Shown here: positions 1 through 12,914 of the stretch, one piece after another
How positions within the stretch are numbered: the first letter of the stretch is position 1
How the letters are laid out: each line of letters opens with the position of its first letter
Source of the DNA: Zootoca vivipara
Lineage: Eukaryota
Assembly: GCF_963506605.1 (NCBI RefSeq)
Contig: NC_083285.1
Location: 21,700,001-21,764,000 of the forward strand
Length of the DNA: 64,000 nucleotides
Direction of reading: 5' to 3'
Notes under the pieces: generated by a model
What the model was told of the DNA's origin: nothing
What the model saw: only the letters and a program-made list of their open reading frames with translations
Database searches by the model: none
Position numbers and translations under genes: made by a program

Positions 1-18
1 TGGTCAGGGGCCCCTTTA

Positions 19-20
<2 letters not shown>

Positions 21-70
<50 letters not shown>
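21..70. repeat. (AT)n microsatellite
   Basis: Perfect AT dinucleotide run. Confidence 0.98.
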
Positions 71-73
<3 letters not shown>

Positions 74-455
74 CTAAAAGGAACAACACACACCCTGAGC
101 TACATTTAAATATTTGAAGCCAGAGTAAAAATATAAAGGCAGCAATAGAAAATAAAATACAACCAAAATAATAGTAGTAGTAGTAGTAATGCAAAAGAGA
201 TGAGCCTCCATTCTCTGCCAGACATTTCCTTTAATATAAATAAATATAGTGAGTAAAGCTTGCCAAATCTTCATGGGTGATAATAGGGGAGTGGCTCAGA
301 TGAGCCAATCCCTAAGTCTTTTGTGGAGGACCCCTCCTCCCTGCTTTTTTTTTAAAAAAACATTTTCTTTTCCATAGTAGTTGGCAACAGTGCAAAGCAC
401 AATGGTGATGAGACACTACACACCTGCTAACTTGATTTCCCAGAGGTATGAATAC

Positions 456-774
456 CATAGGTGCCAACTCCCAGACTGAAAAATCCGGGATCGGCAGCGG
501 CGTGGCACCGGAAGTCGCGCTGCGGCCATTTTGGAACTGGGCAGAGCAGCACCGGAAGTCGCTTCTACGTATGCTCTGCCCATTTCCAAAATGGCCGCAG
601 CGCCAGAAATCGCTTCTGCGCATGTCCAGAGACTCCAGACATGCGCAGAAGGAGCCTCCCTGGGCCAGTAAGAATCCAGGGGATTTACGTTTTTAAAAAA
701 AATCTGGGCTGCCAGCGGGAAACGGCTGGAAAAACGGGGGTTTCCCGGGGAATACGGGAGACTTAGCAGCTATG
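456..774. mobile_element. Non-autonomous hAT-type DNA transposon (319 bp, CATAG termini)
   Basis: Imperfect TIRs (cataggtgccaactcc / ggagacttagcagctatg). Exact 8-bp TSD atgaatac at 448-455 and 775-782. 8-bp TSDs are typical of hAT. Confidence 0.9.
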
Positions 775-1689
775 ATGAATACAGTTGCATGCCAGATCTG
801 TAACTAGCTAATTGTCCATGGGCCACTTTAACAGGTGGGCAGCAGCCAGAGATCCACTGGATCCTAATTCAATCATCTGGGTGGATCTAAGGTTAGAATG
901 GCACCCTAAGCCAGCATCAAGGTTTCGTAGTATATCCTTGCTTTCCATAGAGCGTAAGAGAGGGATGGAGGAATGACCCAATTTGACAATGCCTCACAAG
1001 TAAGGAGGCTGAGAAGCAGCTGAAACAAACAATGAAAGCAAATATAGAAGAACCACACTAAACAAACTTGACTCAGCTAATGCGATGCTATAATGTGGGA
1101 AGCTGCACAAGATATATTTCGCTTGATTTAGAACTTTGCATAGGAGGCTTGTGGTGACAAGTACAATTTGAAAATGCCAGAACTGTGTGAAAACGCATTT
1201 GCAACCTGAAAATTAGGAATTAATGAAGGTTAAAAAATTAATGAAATTTAGATGACATTACTTAAATAGATCATAACTCTATCAAAATGTTTTAGCTAGT
1301 TGAGTCTGTTTAGACATGATTAATTGATTAAATTAGCTTACTTGTAGAAATGTGGCTTTCATGTTTCCTGCTGAAATGTAGGTCATCAGACTTAAAGAAA
1401 AGCACTTGGGGGTCTTTGTTTCTTTCTAATTGTGGTAAATGGATGTGCATACCAAATTCCAGCTTTTTCTTATGCATTAGGAAACACACAGCTCTGAATT
1501 TCAAGACTCATGAATATTTATGACCAGTGCCTGAGAAATGCATTTATGCGCTGTATTGATAAATCTATTTATGGGAGAGTGTTTTATATCCCCTTTGAGT
1601 ACCAGTTCCCAAAGTGGTATACAATATACAACTGCAGCATTTGAATCATAAAGCATCACATAACAATTTATTTTGGTCTTTATTTAAAA

Positions 1690-1950
1690 GACAATAAAAG
1701 TAAAACCAATAAATAAAGAGCAGGGGGGAGGGTGAAAAGTCTGTTATCAAAAGAGGAAGAATTTAACAGAAAGGAAATTCACCTGCTTCCAGAAAAGAGG
1801 GAGCCACCAAGACCTTCCATGGGAGTGTAGACTAATGAACCTTGGCATCTAACAGAAAAGGCCCTGAGATTTGTGGAAGTCAACCTGGCCTGCTCATAAA
1901 ATGGTATTTTCAACAAGACCTTGATAGTAGACTTTAAATCTCATGGAAAT
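1690..1950 (-). mobile_element. Degraded L2-like LINE 3' fragment
   Basis: Weak reverse-strand resemblance to the L2 3' region at 9020-9620. Boundaries approximate. Confidence 0.4.
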
Positions 1951-1957
1951 GGGGCAT

Positions 1958-1958
<1 letters not shown>

Positions 1959-1995
<37 letters not shown>
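1959..1995. repeat. (GT)n microsatellite
   Basis: Perfect GT run. Confidence 0.97.
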
Positions 1996-1996
<1 letters not shown>

Positions 1997-4640
1997 CCTT
2001 CCTTGTGATAATCAGAATAACCAAGAATACGCATTTATAGGTCAAAACCAGCAGAGCCCAGAAACAGTTTGGCAGCCTGTACAGATTTTTCAAAGCAGAA
2101 TAAGTACACCGACAACATTCTGCATTCTAAAGTTCTTGGCGTGTATTAAAACAATCTACTCTGGAAGTTATCGAATTGTGAAAAACAGTGGCCAAGCTTC
2201 TGTGAATCTGTAGTAGGAATGGCTGTCATCTCAGGTGCTTTAATCTGTTTTAGTATTTCAACTTTTGTATGTTTAAAACTAGAGTTGTACTTTCCCCCTT
2301 GATTTTATTGCATTATCTTTTTTTGTAAACTGCCTTGACGGGGTTTTGGGGTTTTTTTTGCAAACAAGTGATATATAATTTTTGTGAAATAAATAAATAA
2401 GTAATATGGATTTTTCAGAGTGGAGCCACCACTTGGGATTACAGGGGTACTAACTGGTCCAGAAATAGCCTAAGCTACAAACCTTTAGGATAGGGATGTC
2501 ATGGGAAATAGAGTGCGTCTGTTTAAGTACTAGCAAGTTGACTAGGTGAAGGGAGCCTTGAAGCTAGGGCCGTTCTGGAGAGGAGTCTGAATCAGAGTCT
2601 GGGTAATTGATTCTAAAGCCTGTCAGTCAAAATATCCCTGAACAGAGATCCTTACAGGCCACTACCCCAAAATCTGATATCTCAAGGAACTGACTACCTC
2701 TTTAAATGGTGTCCAATGTTCTCCATCACTGGTTCATCAGCAAAGGCTAGAAACAAGGATGGCTACATTTCTTTCTTTTTCTTCTTCCAGCTGCTGAAAA
2801 ATTACATGCAACTGAGCATAATGGGTAGTTTGGCCCAGAGAAGTCTTCAATCAGATGTTAGATTTTCTTTATTGTTCAAAGTTTCTTTTCCAGCTCATGC
2901 ATGAGTGGAAAAGGAGATAGGACTTTCTGAAATCTGTTTGTTTTTATTCCATTTTCCTTAACAATATCATTTGTTAATCCATTGTTCGCAAACTGTATCA
3001 GCCTCTCTTACGTTTTTGTCTTGTTCTTATTGATTTGGCCTTAGAACATACGCGTTGCTGAGCTATTGCTTTTAGAATGGATTATGAATTGCTGCTCATC
3101 GATTTACTTTGTGCAGAATATCTTGGCCATCAAACATAGCAATTTAACATTCTGTCACACGAATATGGACTTTTATTTTATTTTCGAGCAGGATATTATT
3201 TTCTGATGGACTCCCTTTGTTTCTACAAAGAGCTGTACATTGTGTAAACTGGACAAAATGTGGTTTCACAATTTACTCTGTAAAAATACTTATCTCTTCT
3301 ACTACTCTAATACCAATGGCTGCTAAACCAAGAGGTTCCATCATGTTGTATTTTAACTCTTAGGAATCTACAGGGTTTCAGTGTCACAGCTGTGCTGCCA
3401 CATAGAGGGAAGAACAAAGAATGCCTCTCTGTTTAATCTAACATATCTTCTGCCCCCCCCCCCATTTTGCATGGATATTGATGGTGGGGGTGTATTAGGC
3501 TGAATGCTGGTCTAACACTTTGTAGTTTATGGTTTATTTTCTACTTACCTGGAAAAATGGAAAGAAGTCATTTTTCTCTCAACTGTTTCTTCATCATGAC
3601 TCTAGATATGGTCTATATATGTCATACCATAATATTTATATATTATGGTCCAGGTTACAAAATGAAAATTTAATACACACCCCCCCCCCAAAATTTTTTA
3701 GATAGAAATGAGCACTGCAAGATAAGGTTGCATATTATGTGCTAAAAGACACAGTGGAATTTGCAGAACGATTCTGGTTGACTATACTGCAGCTTCTGTT
3801 AGGCGCAGGCAGTGAAAAGACAGAACCACAAATCCAATCCCATGTTCCTATGGGAAAGGGGGGAAACATGAGGCTGTTGGGGTTTTTGAAAGCTAGTATT
3901 CTAAAGGTGCTTCATTGAAATGACACTTGGACTTTCTAGAGCCATCAGAAATACCTTGTCGGAATGGTGAATACACATGACTAGTTCAGAGATGGAGGCG
4001 TGAACTTAAAGACTCTGGAAACAGAGCTACAAATGTGTGTGTTTTGTCTCGGAGCTAGTAACTGGCTGTCACCATTTTGACAAGATGTCTGCAAATCTGG
4101 GGCTGACTTGACGTGTCCCTGTGTCTTAAGTTGAAATATGGAAAGCAGCTTTCAGAATACTTTATATAATATATATATTTTTAAAAACAGTTGGAACATC
4201 ATCTCTGCACCTGGCCTGTGCAACCAGCGATAACAGATTTAAGATGATAGATTGATGGGACTTGACACTAGAGAAGCCTAAAACACAAGAAGGAAAAGGT
4301 GTTGCCACAGGGCAAGGCCCTTGAATCAATTCTCCTACTTCCTTGGTCATCTACCCACTTTCCTATACACAGATAAAGCCATGTCTAGGTGCCCAGGCAT
4401 TTTGCTGGCCACTGATGTTCAGCTCAGCTGCCTTCCTGATTACTGTATTATTTTAGGAGGGAAGAGTGTTCCTGCCCCTGTAAACCATGGTTTGTGAAAC
4501 TGGACGGATCACCTGAATTGGTAAATGCATAAGAGGAGTTGGCTTTTGCATCAGACCAATGGCTCACCCAGCATCCTGCTCTTATGGCGGCCAACTAGAT
4601 GCTTGTGGGAAGCCCATTAGAGGACCTAAAGCGCAACAAG

Positions 4641-4772
4641 AGGGATAGCTCATTTGGTAGAGCGTAAGACTCTTAATCTCAGAGTCATGGGTTCAAGCCC
4701 TACATTGGGCAAAAGATTCTTCCCTTGCACAGGGTTGGACTAGTCCCTTCCAACTCTACACTTCTGTTATTC
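4641..4772 (+). mobile_element. tRNA-Lys-derived SINE with CR1-like tail
   Basis: Head tagctcatttggtagagcgtaagactcttaatctcagagtcatgggttcaagccc resembles tRNA-Lys(CTT) with A and B boxes. Tail gggttggactag...ttccaactcta resembles the CR1 3' ends at 6815-6866 and 7395-7443. Confidence 0.8.
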
Positions 4773-4879
4773 CGTATCTACTCAACTTTATTACGGTATG
4801 TATTTCATTGAAATGACATAGGGGTGGGTAGGGGTTATATGGTTTTATATTCACGTAGTATGGCTAGTTTCCCTTCAAG

Positions 4880-5270
4880 TGTGGTGTGGTAAAGCATCTT
4901 CTTTGAATGCAGAAGATCTGAGTTTCAATCCTCGGCACCTCCAGAGAAACTCTGAAATCCAGGAGAGTAGCTGCCAGTCTGTGAAGTCTACGGTTGCCAT
5001 ATTTCAAAAAGGTGAAAATCTCGACACAAAAGTTGTTGATATTTTTTTGGGCAAAGATGTTGAGCTTTCTTCCCTTTTGCTTTTGAGCCGTTTTTAAAGA
5101 AATTTGCCAAAATATCAGCACTTCTGGCACGCCTGGATTTTCCCGGACATTTTCACCAATTTCGAAGACGAATCCTGGCTATGTCCAGGAAATTCTGGAT
5201 GTATGGCAGCCCTAGACTGAAGACAACACTGAGCTAGCTGGACCAATTGGTATAAGGAAGCTTTCTATGT
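4880..5270 (+). mobile_element. Old tRNA-derived SINE interrupted by a DNA transposon
   Basis: Head gtggtaaagcat...tgcagaagat...ttcaatcc and tail gagctagctggaccaat...ttctatgt. Related copies at ~30210-30410 and ~61080-61280. Confidence 0.6.
4989..5214. mobile_element. hAT-like MITE (TAGGGTTGCCA-type termini)
   Basis: TIRs tacggttgccata / tatggcagcccta. TSD not cleanly resolved. Confidence 0.65.
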
Positions 5271-5855
5271 GCTTAACAGAGATCCAGGGAGGTATATTAG
5301 GTATATTAGGTATAGGGACAGTCACTATTGTGCAATTGCTGCATGGGATAAATATGAAATTAGTCACAGCAGATGGTCCCTGCCTATCTCCTGGTAGCTG
5401 GATTTCTCCACTAACTACATTTCAGACAAAGAACCACCTGAAAGGTCATCATAATCAACATGTGGGAGCAAAGTAGCTGCCACGTTCCTCTCCGGGGGTG
5501 AGTGTGTGCTTCAGTGACTGCACATTGGCTAAGTTATAAAGCACCTGGGAAGCAGAGAATGAAAGGCAATTATAAATGACATATTCTCCACCTTTATGTG
5601 AAACGTGCCATTGGAAAATGATTGTATCTCCCTTTCATTTTGTAATAAGTCACATTCATGCTTGACATTCCACTACCGTTCTATTTATATCATTGCTGAC
5701 AATAAATCATTAAGTCATCTGTGTTAACTAGTAATCGAGATTCCTTATTTGTACCTATGAAACTTCAATATGCCAAGATTTTTTTAACCCTCAAGATCTG
5801 CATGACAAGGAGGAAGCTTAAGTAAGGATAAAACAGTTGGGTTCACCTTAAAGGT

Positions 5856-6014
5856 CAACAACAACAACAATTTATTCATACCCCGCCCTTCTGGCTGGGT
5901 TTCCCCAGCCATTCTGGGCGGCTTCCAACAAAATATTAAAAATACAATAAAACATCAGACATTAAAAACTTCCCTAAATGGGGCTGTCTTCAGATGTCTT
6001 CTAAAAGTCAGATA
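5856..6014 (-). mobile_element. LINE 3' tail repeat (L2-like), continuing at 7012-7045
   Basis: Reverse complement of the ccagagtggctggggaaacccagccagatggg...taaat tail seen at 15138-15195 and 36880-36930. Split by the 6015-7009 insertion. Confidence 0.7.
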
Positions 6015-6278
6015 CAGTGGTACCTTGGTTTAAGTACACAATTGGTTCCGGAAGTCTGTACTTAACCTGAAGCGTACTTAACCTGAAGCGAACTTTCCCA
6101 TTGAAAGTAATGGAAAGTGGATTAATCCGTTCCAGACGGGTCCACGGAGTACTTAACTTGAAGCGTACTTAACCTGAAGCGAACTTTCCCTTTGAAAGTA
6201 ATGGAAAGTGGATTAATCCATTCCAGACGGGTCCGCGGAGTACTCAACCTGAAGCGTACTTAACTCGAGGTATGATTG
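6015..6278. mobile_element. Tigger/pogo-like MITE (left part of a composite)
   Basis: TA|cagtggtacctt...cgaggtatgattg|TA. Contains an internal duplicated unit of ~110 bp (gaagcgtacttaacctgaagcgaactttccc...ccagacgggtcc). Confidence 0.8.
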
Positions 6279-6279
6279 T

Positions 6280-6866
6280 AATTCTGGGCTGCATCAATAG
6301 TAGTATAGCGTCTAGATCAAGGGAAGTAATAGTACCACTGTATTCTGCTCTGGTCAGACCTCACCTGGAGTACTGTGTCCAGTTCTGGGCACCACAGTTC
6401 AAGAAGGATACTGACAAGCTGGAACGTGTCCAGAGGAGGGCAACCAAAATGGTCAAAGGCCTGGAAACAATGCCTTATGAGGAACGGCTTAGGGAGCTGG
6501 GTATGTTTAGCCTAGAGAAGAGACGGTTAAGGGGTGATATGATAGCCATGTTCAAATATATAAAAGTATGTCATATAGAGGAGGGAGAAAGGTTGTTTTC
6601 TGCTGCTCCAGAGAAGTGGACATGGAGCAATGGATTCAAACTACAAGAAAGAAGATTCCACCTAAACATTAGGAAGAACTTCCTGACAGTAAGAGCTGTT
6701 TGACAGTGGAATTTGCTGCCAAGAAGTGTGGTGCAGTCTCCTTCTTTGGAGGTCGTTAAGCAGAGGCTTGACAGGCATATGTCAAGAATGCTTTGATGGT
6801 GTTTCCTGCTTGGCAGGGGGTTGGACTGGATGGCCCTTGTGCTCTCTTCCAACTCTATGATTCTAT
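6280..6866 (+). mobile_element. CR1 LINE 3' fragment (ORF2 RT C-terminus plus 3' UTR)
   Basis: ORF 6272-6703 reads [38 protein letters not shown]...[12 protein letters not shown], the typical CR1 ORF2 C-terminus. Ends in ttccaactctatgattctatg. Confidence 0.95.
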
Positions 6867-7009
6867 GGTTCCGGAAGTCCGTACTTAACCTGAAGCGAAC
6901 TTTCCCATTGAAAGTAATGGAAAGTGGATTAATCCGTTCCAGACGGGTCTGTGGAGTACTTAAACTGAAAGTACTCAAACCGAAGCGTACTTAAACCGAG
7001 CTATGACTG
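6867..7009. mobile_element. Right half of the same Tigger/pogo-like MITE
   Basis: ggttccggaagtccgtacttaacctgaagcg...gagctatgactg|TA, homologous to 6044-6278. Confidence 0.8.
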
Positions 7010-7289
7010 TAGTTGTTTATTTCCTTGACATCTGATGGGAGGGCCCACTTGCACACTTAAACAAACACAGAGTTATGATACCCTAGTATAAAATATACAC
7101 ATGGCACATCAATTGTAGATGGTGTACATTAGGGAGCATGTCCCATCCAGATGTTGCTTGTCTCGCAGGTGGCATCCATCAACCCTAGACAGAATGGCCA
7201 ATGGTGATGGATAAGGGGAATTGTATCCCAACTACATCTGGAGGGGACACAGGTTTCTAGATCTTGTATTAGGACATGCTTTGCAGCAT

Positions 7290-7443
7290 GATCTCCCTCG
7301 GGAGGTTGTGGACTCTCCTTCCTTGGAGGTTTCTAAGCAGAGGTTGGATGGCCATCTGTCATGGATGCTTTAGCTGAGATTCCTGCATTTCAGGGAGTTG
7401 GACTAGAAGACCCTCAGGGTCCCTTCCAACTCTATGATTCTAT
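7290..7443 (+). mobile_element. CR1 3' end fragment
   Basis: tctccttccttggaggtt...cccttccaactctatgattcta, homologous to 6736-6866. Confidence 0.85.
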
Positions 7444-7699
7444 TTCACAAATGAACAATATGTTTTTAGGCATTTAGGGATATTTATTTACATATCATAC
7501 CAAGAGTCAATGCCAACCCTCCCCTCTGACATGCACTTACACACAAACACACAGACTCATCTTGTTCCACTTGCCAAAGGGAGATTGGGGTTGTGTTTCT
7601 GAAAGAATGCTATTTGCAACATCCTCACCAATGCCCAATGCTGCGTGATAACATTCTGAAATGCAACAGACATTCAGGGCTGTTTGCAATATGGCATGG

Positions 7700-7845
7700 A
7701 GCAGGAATGGGAAGCCTTTGTTCCTCCAGATCCTGCTGAACTACAATTCCTATCAACCTCAGCAAGCCTGGTCAATGACCAGAGCTGATGGGAGTTGTAG
7801 TTCAGCAACATCCAGAGGGGCAAAGGTTCCCCACAGCTGGCACTG
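7700..7845. mobile_element. Old hAT-like MITE (CTACAATTCCC-type hairpin element)
   Basis: Degenerate inverted halves ccagat...ctacaattcc / gggagttgtagttcagcaacatc. Older relative of the 134-136 bp family. Similar relics at ~7140-7260, 20455-20590, 26280-26550 and 40380-40510. Confidence 0.6.
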
Positions 7846-9019
7846 AGGTTTCCTTTTCAGGGGGGGGGGATGCAAAAAGTATTGTTTTAGTTTTCAGTAG
7901 ATATGCCTACCCAGCCTCCTGATTGCTGTATGAATTGTATTCCTCAAGCACCTGTGCTGCACTAATTTGAAAGCAAACAAGGTGTCTGGGTTGTATGTTT
8001 GTCAAAGACATGCTAGAAATGTATAACTGTATTATCACGGCAAGATTTGCACTGCATGGAGTCACAGCATTCATGTGAGAGTCTATTTGCAAGAAAAAAG
8101 ATTAGACACCCCTTCAGCCATGTGCATTAGGGAGCAAAACAATCATAGATGGTGCGAGCCATTCACAACTTTGCAATTCAGGTGCACTGGAAGGGAGTGT
8201 GCAGAACTGAAAAAGAACTGCAGGAACCTATTGATAAGGAGGTTTGGTGTATCCTTCTAGGAAAGAGAATGAGGTTATTATGATTATTTTCAATAGCTCA
8301 GACAGAAGTTGGGGAGCGGGTAGTCAAAGCAAAGCTCCACCTGCGGCTGCCATTGTATGCAACTGTGTGTTTTGTTCATTTGCGCAGAAGTTGAAAGGCT
8401 CAAAATTCCACCGGAATCCTGCAACTCACCCTCTACCATGCCATCCAGGCATCACAGAGAAACAAGAATGGAACATGCATACCATAATGACATGGTCATG
8501 GTAGAACAAAATCTCCTAAAATCCCTTATTGTGCAAAGTTTGGCTTTGTTATCCGCTGTAGAAGTTCATTTTAAAAAATGCTGTGCTTTGGATGAAGCAT
8601 TTTGACTAAAAGAACTTTATACTGCTGGTATCGGATGAAGCCTCTAAAACACATTACTGCCTGTCAACCAGTGTTTCATCTTAACATGTTCCAGATTAAT
8701 TTTTTGCTTTACCTTATATTAGTTTGACTATTGTTTATAATATATCTGAATATATATAAATACATCACCTATATATATCCATCCATCTATCTCCTGGACT
8801 TAGGAGGAGTACAGAAGTTTAAATAGCATTAAAAGGGGGGGGGGCACCAGAGATATTTTGGGTGTGGTAGTCGAACTAAGTGCTACAGCTGAGGATGCTG
8901 CACATATAGCCATTCAAATGCTCTAAAGGACTCCCTCATCCCACATAAAACTGCCCGCATATTAGTAATTTTAAAAGCCTTTTCATAGATAAAAATTTCA
9001 GATGTTTGATGGGCCACCC

Positions 9020-9620
9020 ATCAAAGGAGATGGGCTTTCTCTTGGGACCCTCATACTTATGGGAACGCCTCTCCTGGCATGTCCCACAGGGGACCCTAAG
9101 GTCCATGAATAATAATAGCTTAAAGGTCCCGGGCCCTAAGGAAGCCAGATTATCCTCCATCAGGGCCAGGGCTTTCTCAGTGATGGCTCCGACATGGTGG
9201 AATGCTCGGTCCCACAAGACTAGGGCCCTACAGGACTTGATCTCCTTCCACGGGGCTTGTAAGACAGAGCTATTCCGCCTGGCCTTCAATTTGAATTACC
9301 CTTTCCTCTTCTATGAAGAAACCCTTTCTGGGACCCCACATTTAAATTCTTCCCTCGTCTCCTTGCTGGCCCTAGTAGGACCAACTTGGCCAGTTAGCCC
9401 TGGTGATCATTTGATGTCTACTGACTGGGGTTTTGTTTTTGGTTTTGTTTTCCTTTTTCCCAAAATGACCCCTTAATTTTTGAATTTTATTGATATTGAT
9501 GCTGCACTTTATGTTGTATTTAATGCTGTTTTTAAGTCACATTTTAATCAATGTTTTAGATTTGCTGTTAGCCACCCTGAGCCCGGTTTTTAAACAGGGA
9601 AGGGCGGGGTATAAATAAAA
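9020..9620 (+). mobile_element. L2 LINE 3' fragment
   Basis: ORF 9006-9476 contains LGPSYLWERL...LRS...RAFSVMAPTWWN, matching the L2 ORF2 C-terminal P.YL...LRS...RAFS..AP..WN pattern. Tail gggcggggtataaataaa is followed by a microsatellite. Confidence 0.88.
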
Positions 9621-9621
9621 A

Positions 9622-9622
<1 letters not shown>

Positions 9623-9663
<41 letters not shown>
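9623..9663. repeat. (TTG)n microsatellite (LINE tail)
   Basis: Perfect trinucleotide run. Confidence 0.95.
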
Positions 9664-9774
9664 AGAGTTCTCCCCAGCGTGCACAGTTTGATAAGTTTCA
9701 AGGTTAAGCAAAGACTTCTTCCTGCACCATTTAAAGTCTATCCATATAACCGTGCTGTCACATATAGAATCTAG

Positions 9775-9875
9775 AATAGAATTGTGGAGTTGGAAGGGTC
9801 CACAAGGGTCATCTAGTCCAACCCACTGAGATGCAGGAATCTTTTGTCCAACATGGGGCTCAAACCCATGACCCT
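9775..9875 (-). mobile_element. Partial tRNA-Lys/CR1-tail SINE
   Basis: Reverse complement of the 4685-4772 region (gagttggaaggg...ctagtccaaccc...aatcttttgtccaacatggggctcaaacccatgac). Confidence 0.7.
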
Positions 9876-12800
9876 ATTGCTCTAGTAGTATCAACAGTTT
9901 TTTCCTCAACCCCCCCCCCAACCTAACTTTACCCACTTTGGAATCGGAAGCAAAACCTATGGTCACATTCATACAATCTTACTTATCTGCTCTATATATG
10001 TACTGCAAAGGCTGTGTTTAGTTCAACTCAATGAAAGTGGAACAAGCTAAGTGTGACCTAGTCCCACTAGACAACATTCACATTTTGGCCACAAAACCTT
10101 AGGTATATTTGAGTATTCAATTTAGCTACCAAGTCCCCTTAAATACTTATAAGTAAGTGTAACGATGATGCCTTAAAACAGAACAAATGTGAAAGTACAA
10201 AACATCTCTGAAGATTTGTGCCATGTGCAAAAATTTTGTCATTTCACTTAGTGAATATTGAATAAGCTACATTGGCTGCAAGCTGCCAGGAGTTTATTTC
10301 ATCAACGGAATATTCTAATAATATTTTCATTAAATATTTATATGAACAATCAAACACTGAAAATGAAGCACATATCCCTTGACAGTCAAGATGGTTTCCG
10401 GGCTTATATCAGCACTTTCTAATGTTCATAAGGCTCATTTGCTATAGCTTTGAATGATATTTCCCATTAGCTGGACGATCTTGATTCTGACCTTACATAC
10501 AGTGTGATTCATCATATGTCCTCTGCTTTCCCTATTCCGCTCCCTCCACGAAGATTCAAATTTTGCACACTGAACACAGAATATCAAATTAATTAACACG
10601 TCTTTTGATGTTGAAAGTCCAAAAAGTTTGGGACTTTACAGAAGCTCACGTCAAGTTGCATCAATCGGCAACTCTTATTTATTGTAACTTCAGCGTCTGC
10701 AGAATGCTTGATTGATGGGCCTGTTATCAAGCTCGAATGCTAACCATACTTACTGAGGAGCGAGCATCTTTTAACTCAGTGGGGCTTGCTTCTGAGTAAA
10801 CATGAAAAGTATTGCACTGCCACACAGTCCTGGAAGTAGGTCCCATTGAGTCCAACATACTAAGTCCCTGGCCAGTGTGTGGAGCAGCCCAAGGACCACA
10901 TGCAACATTGGTGAATCGTCTGGGACTGAAATGCCAATGGTGAGGCCCCTTCTGACGAATACCGATTTCATGACAAACAGTGGGCATGGCCAACTCAATT
11001 CAAGAACCCTTCAAACATTTGTACCAAACTATTGAGCAGAGCCGATGTCAATATAAACCTGTACATCCAAGTACTGTATACCTGAACTGCAGCTTTAGAA
11101 ACACAGCCTGGGGTTTTCTATAAACACAAACAATCTGGAGTGGCCAAATCAGAATACACTCATTGGCTGGCTCACTTCTTAAATGAACACACTACTAATT
11201 GCTGTCATCCAGGGCCTCACCTGACCACAGCGACATTTATAAGCATGGAACAGTGTTCTTGTTTGTTGCCACACTGGTCCTGCCAGGCCTCTGTGTAAAA
11301 TTGCCCTTGCCTCGATTCACAGTAGTAGTTCAACGAAAATGCATGCCCAGCCCGAAACTACACAAATAAATGGCTAAATCCAAATGCTATCAGAAATGGT
11401 TATTCTGAAAAAATATATTTCATAGAAGCGCAGATTCTCAGTGATTAGTCACTTGCCGAAGTTAGGATGTTTATTTTTAAGTTTCATGCTATCAAGAGAA
11501 TGCTGTACGAGCGCGCCCAAAGTAGCTTAGAGCAGTAAATGCATTTCCTGCTGTGTTGCACTTCTCCATACTTTTTGAACTAATTGCCATAAGTCCTAAG
11601 GAACTGTATGGGGCTTCTTAAACAGTTTATAGCTAATCCTTCTCCTTCCACAGGCTGTTGCAGACCTTGCTTTTCTTATCCCGCCTCCCCCAAGCATCTT
11701 TGCCGATCAAGATTTACTGTATTAAGCTTCGCCCCCATAATGGCACCAGCTCTTCTCATTCACCCCCAAAGGCATATTTATACAGATAATGACGATCTTA
11801 AATTCCTTGCCTCCAGACTCATTCGAATGTATCGGCCCTGCCTTGTCATTTTCTATCAGAGCTTTGAAACCTTGCCCTGTCACTCATCTTTCTCTCCCTA
11901 TTTGCCACAACAGTTATCATTTATTGATTCGTTGTTGTTTTTTAAAAAAGCATCTCTTTGATAGGAGGGGATTCACAATGCCAACAACACTCAAGTTCTA
12001 GGAAAACACAAATATTGAGTAAAAATAAAGTTCAAATGAGTCAGAGCAAACTTCACCTCAGGTCTCCTTTGTTGGATTATATACTTCAGGAAGAGGTGCC
12101 AATTTGAATGTGAATATGGATAAATAAATTGCAAAGGAGACACTCCAGGTGGATAATCAAACCAAGCACCAAAATAAGAGTGGGTATTATTTGGTTTGTT
12201 TGCCTCATTCCCAGAACTGGGACTCAATGTGGCTCACAAAAATTAAAACAAATACAGATAAAGCGCACATAGCTAAAACCATATAAAAGATTATTGCTAA
12301 AAGGAATTAAACAATTTGTGGAATTACAACAATGTAAAAAGGATATCTTCTAAAATGCAGAGAGTAAAAAAGCAAACAAAACAAAACAAAACCAGGATGC
12401 TATTAAGAGTCCGTTCTTTAACAGCAATCAGTTCCCAAAATCCGTGCCAGAATAAAGAAGTATCCACCGGCCATGTGAAAGGGCAACAAGGAGATTGTGC
12501 AAATAGTAATAGGTTGTCACCTCTGTGACAAACCTTGGCTTTCCCAAAGGGTGATGAGGTCATATTCCAAGCCTGTTCCCCCCCCCCCAGATCAAAGGAG
12601 GGCACACGTTGACAGCCAAGCTTTCTATGGCAGCTGCTCGAATCAAGCAATTAATGGTGTGGACACTGCAAAGATGATGCTTGTCTTGTGTTCTTATAAT
12701 TTCCTAAACAGCAAGGTACAATAGCTGTGAGACTGGGGTAGGGAACCTTTTACAGCTGACGCTACGTTCCATTCTGGGCAGCCTTCTGAGGACCACTTGC

Positions 12801-12914
12801 CAGTGGTGGGCGAGGCCAGAGGCAAAAGTGGTTGAATCAACAAAATTAAATTTTGCCTTTATACAAATACACATTCCTCTGTAATCTCCACTTTGGCAAT
12901 CACAAGGCTGTTAG

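Noticed and set aside
4641-4712. tRNA-Lys gene
   Set aside because: The acceptor stem is degenerate and the sequence runs directly into a CR1-like tail, so it is a SINE head.
6050-6265. CRISPR-like repeat array (tacttaacctgaagcg repeats)
   Set aside because: Eukaryotic context, duplicated rather than unique spacers, and located inside a TIR element.
6272-6703. 143-aa ORF as a host gene
   Set aside because: It is a 5'-truncated CR1 ORF2 fragment whose ATG comes from the adjacent MITE.
9006-9476. 156-aa ORF as a host gene
   Set aside because: L2 ORF2 C-terminal remnant running into the 3' UTR.
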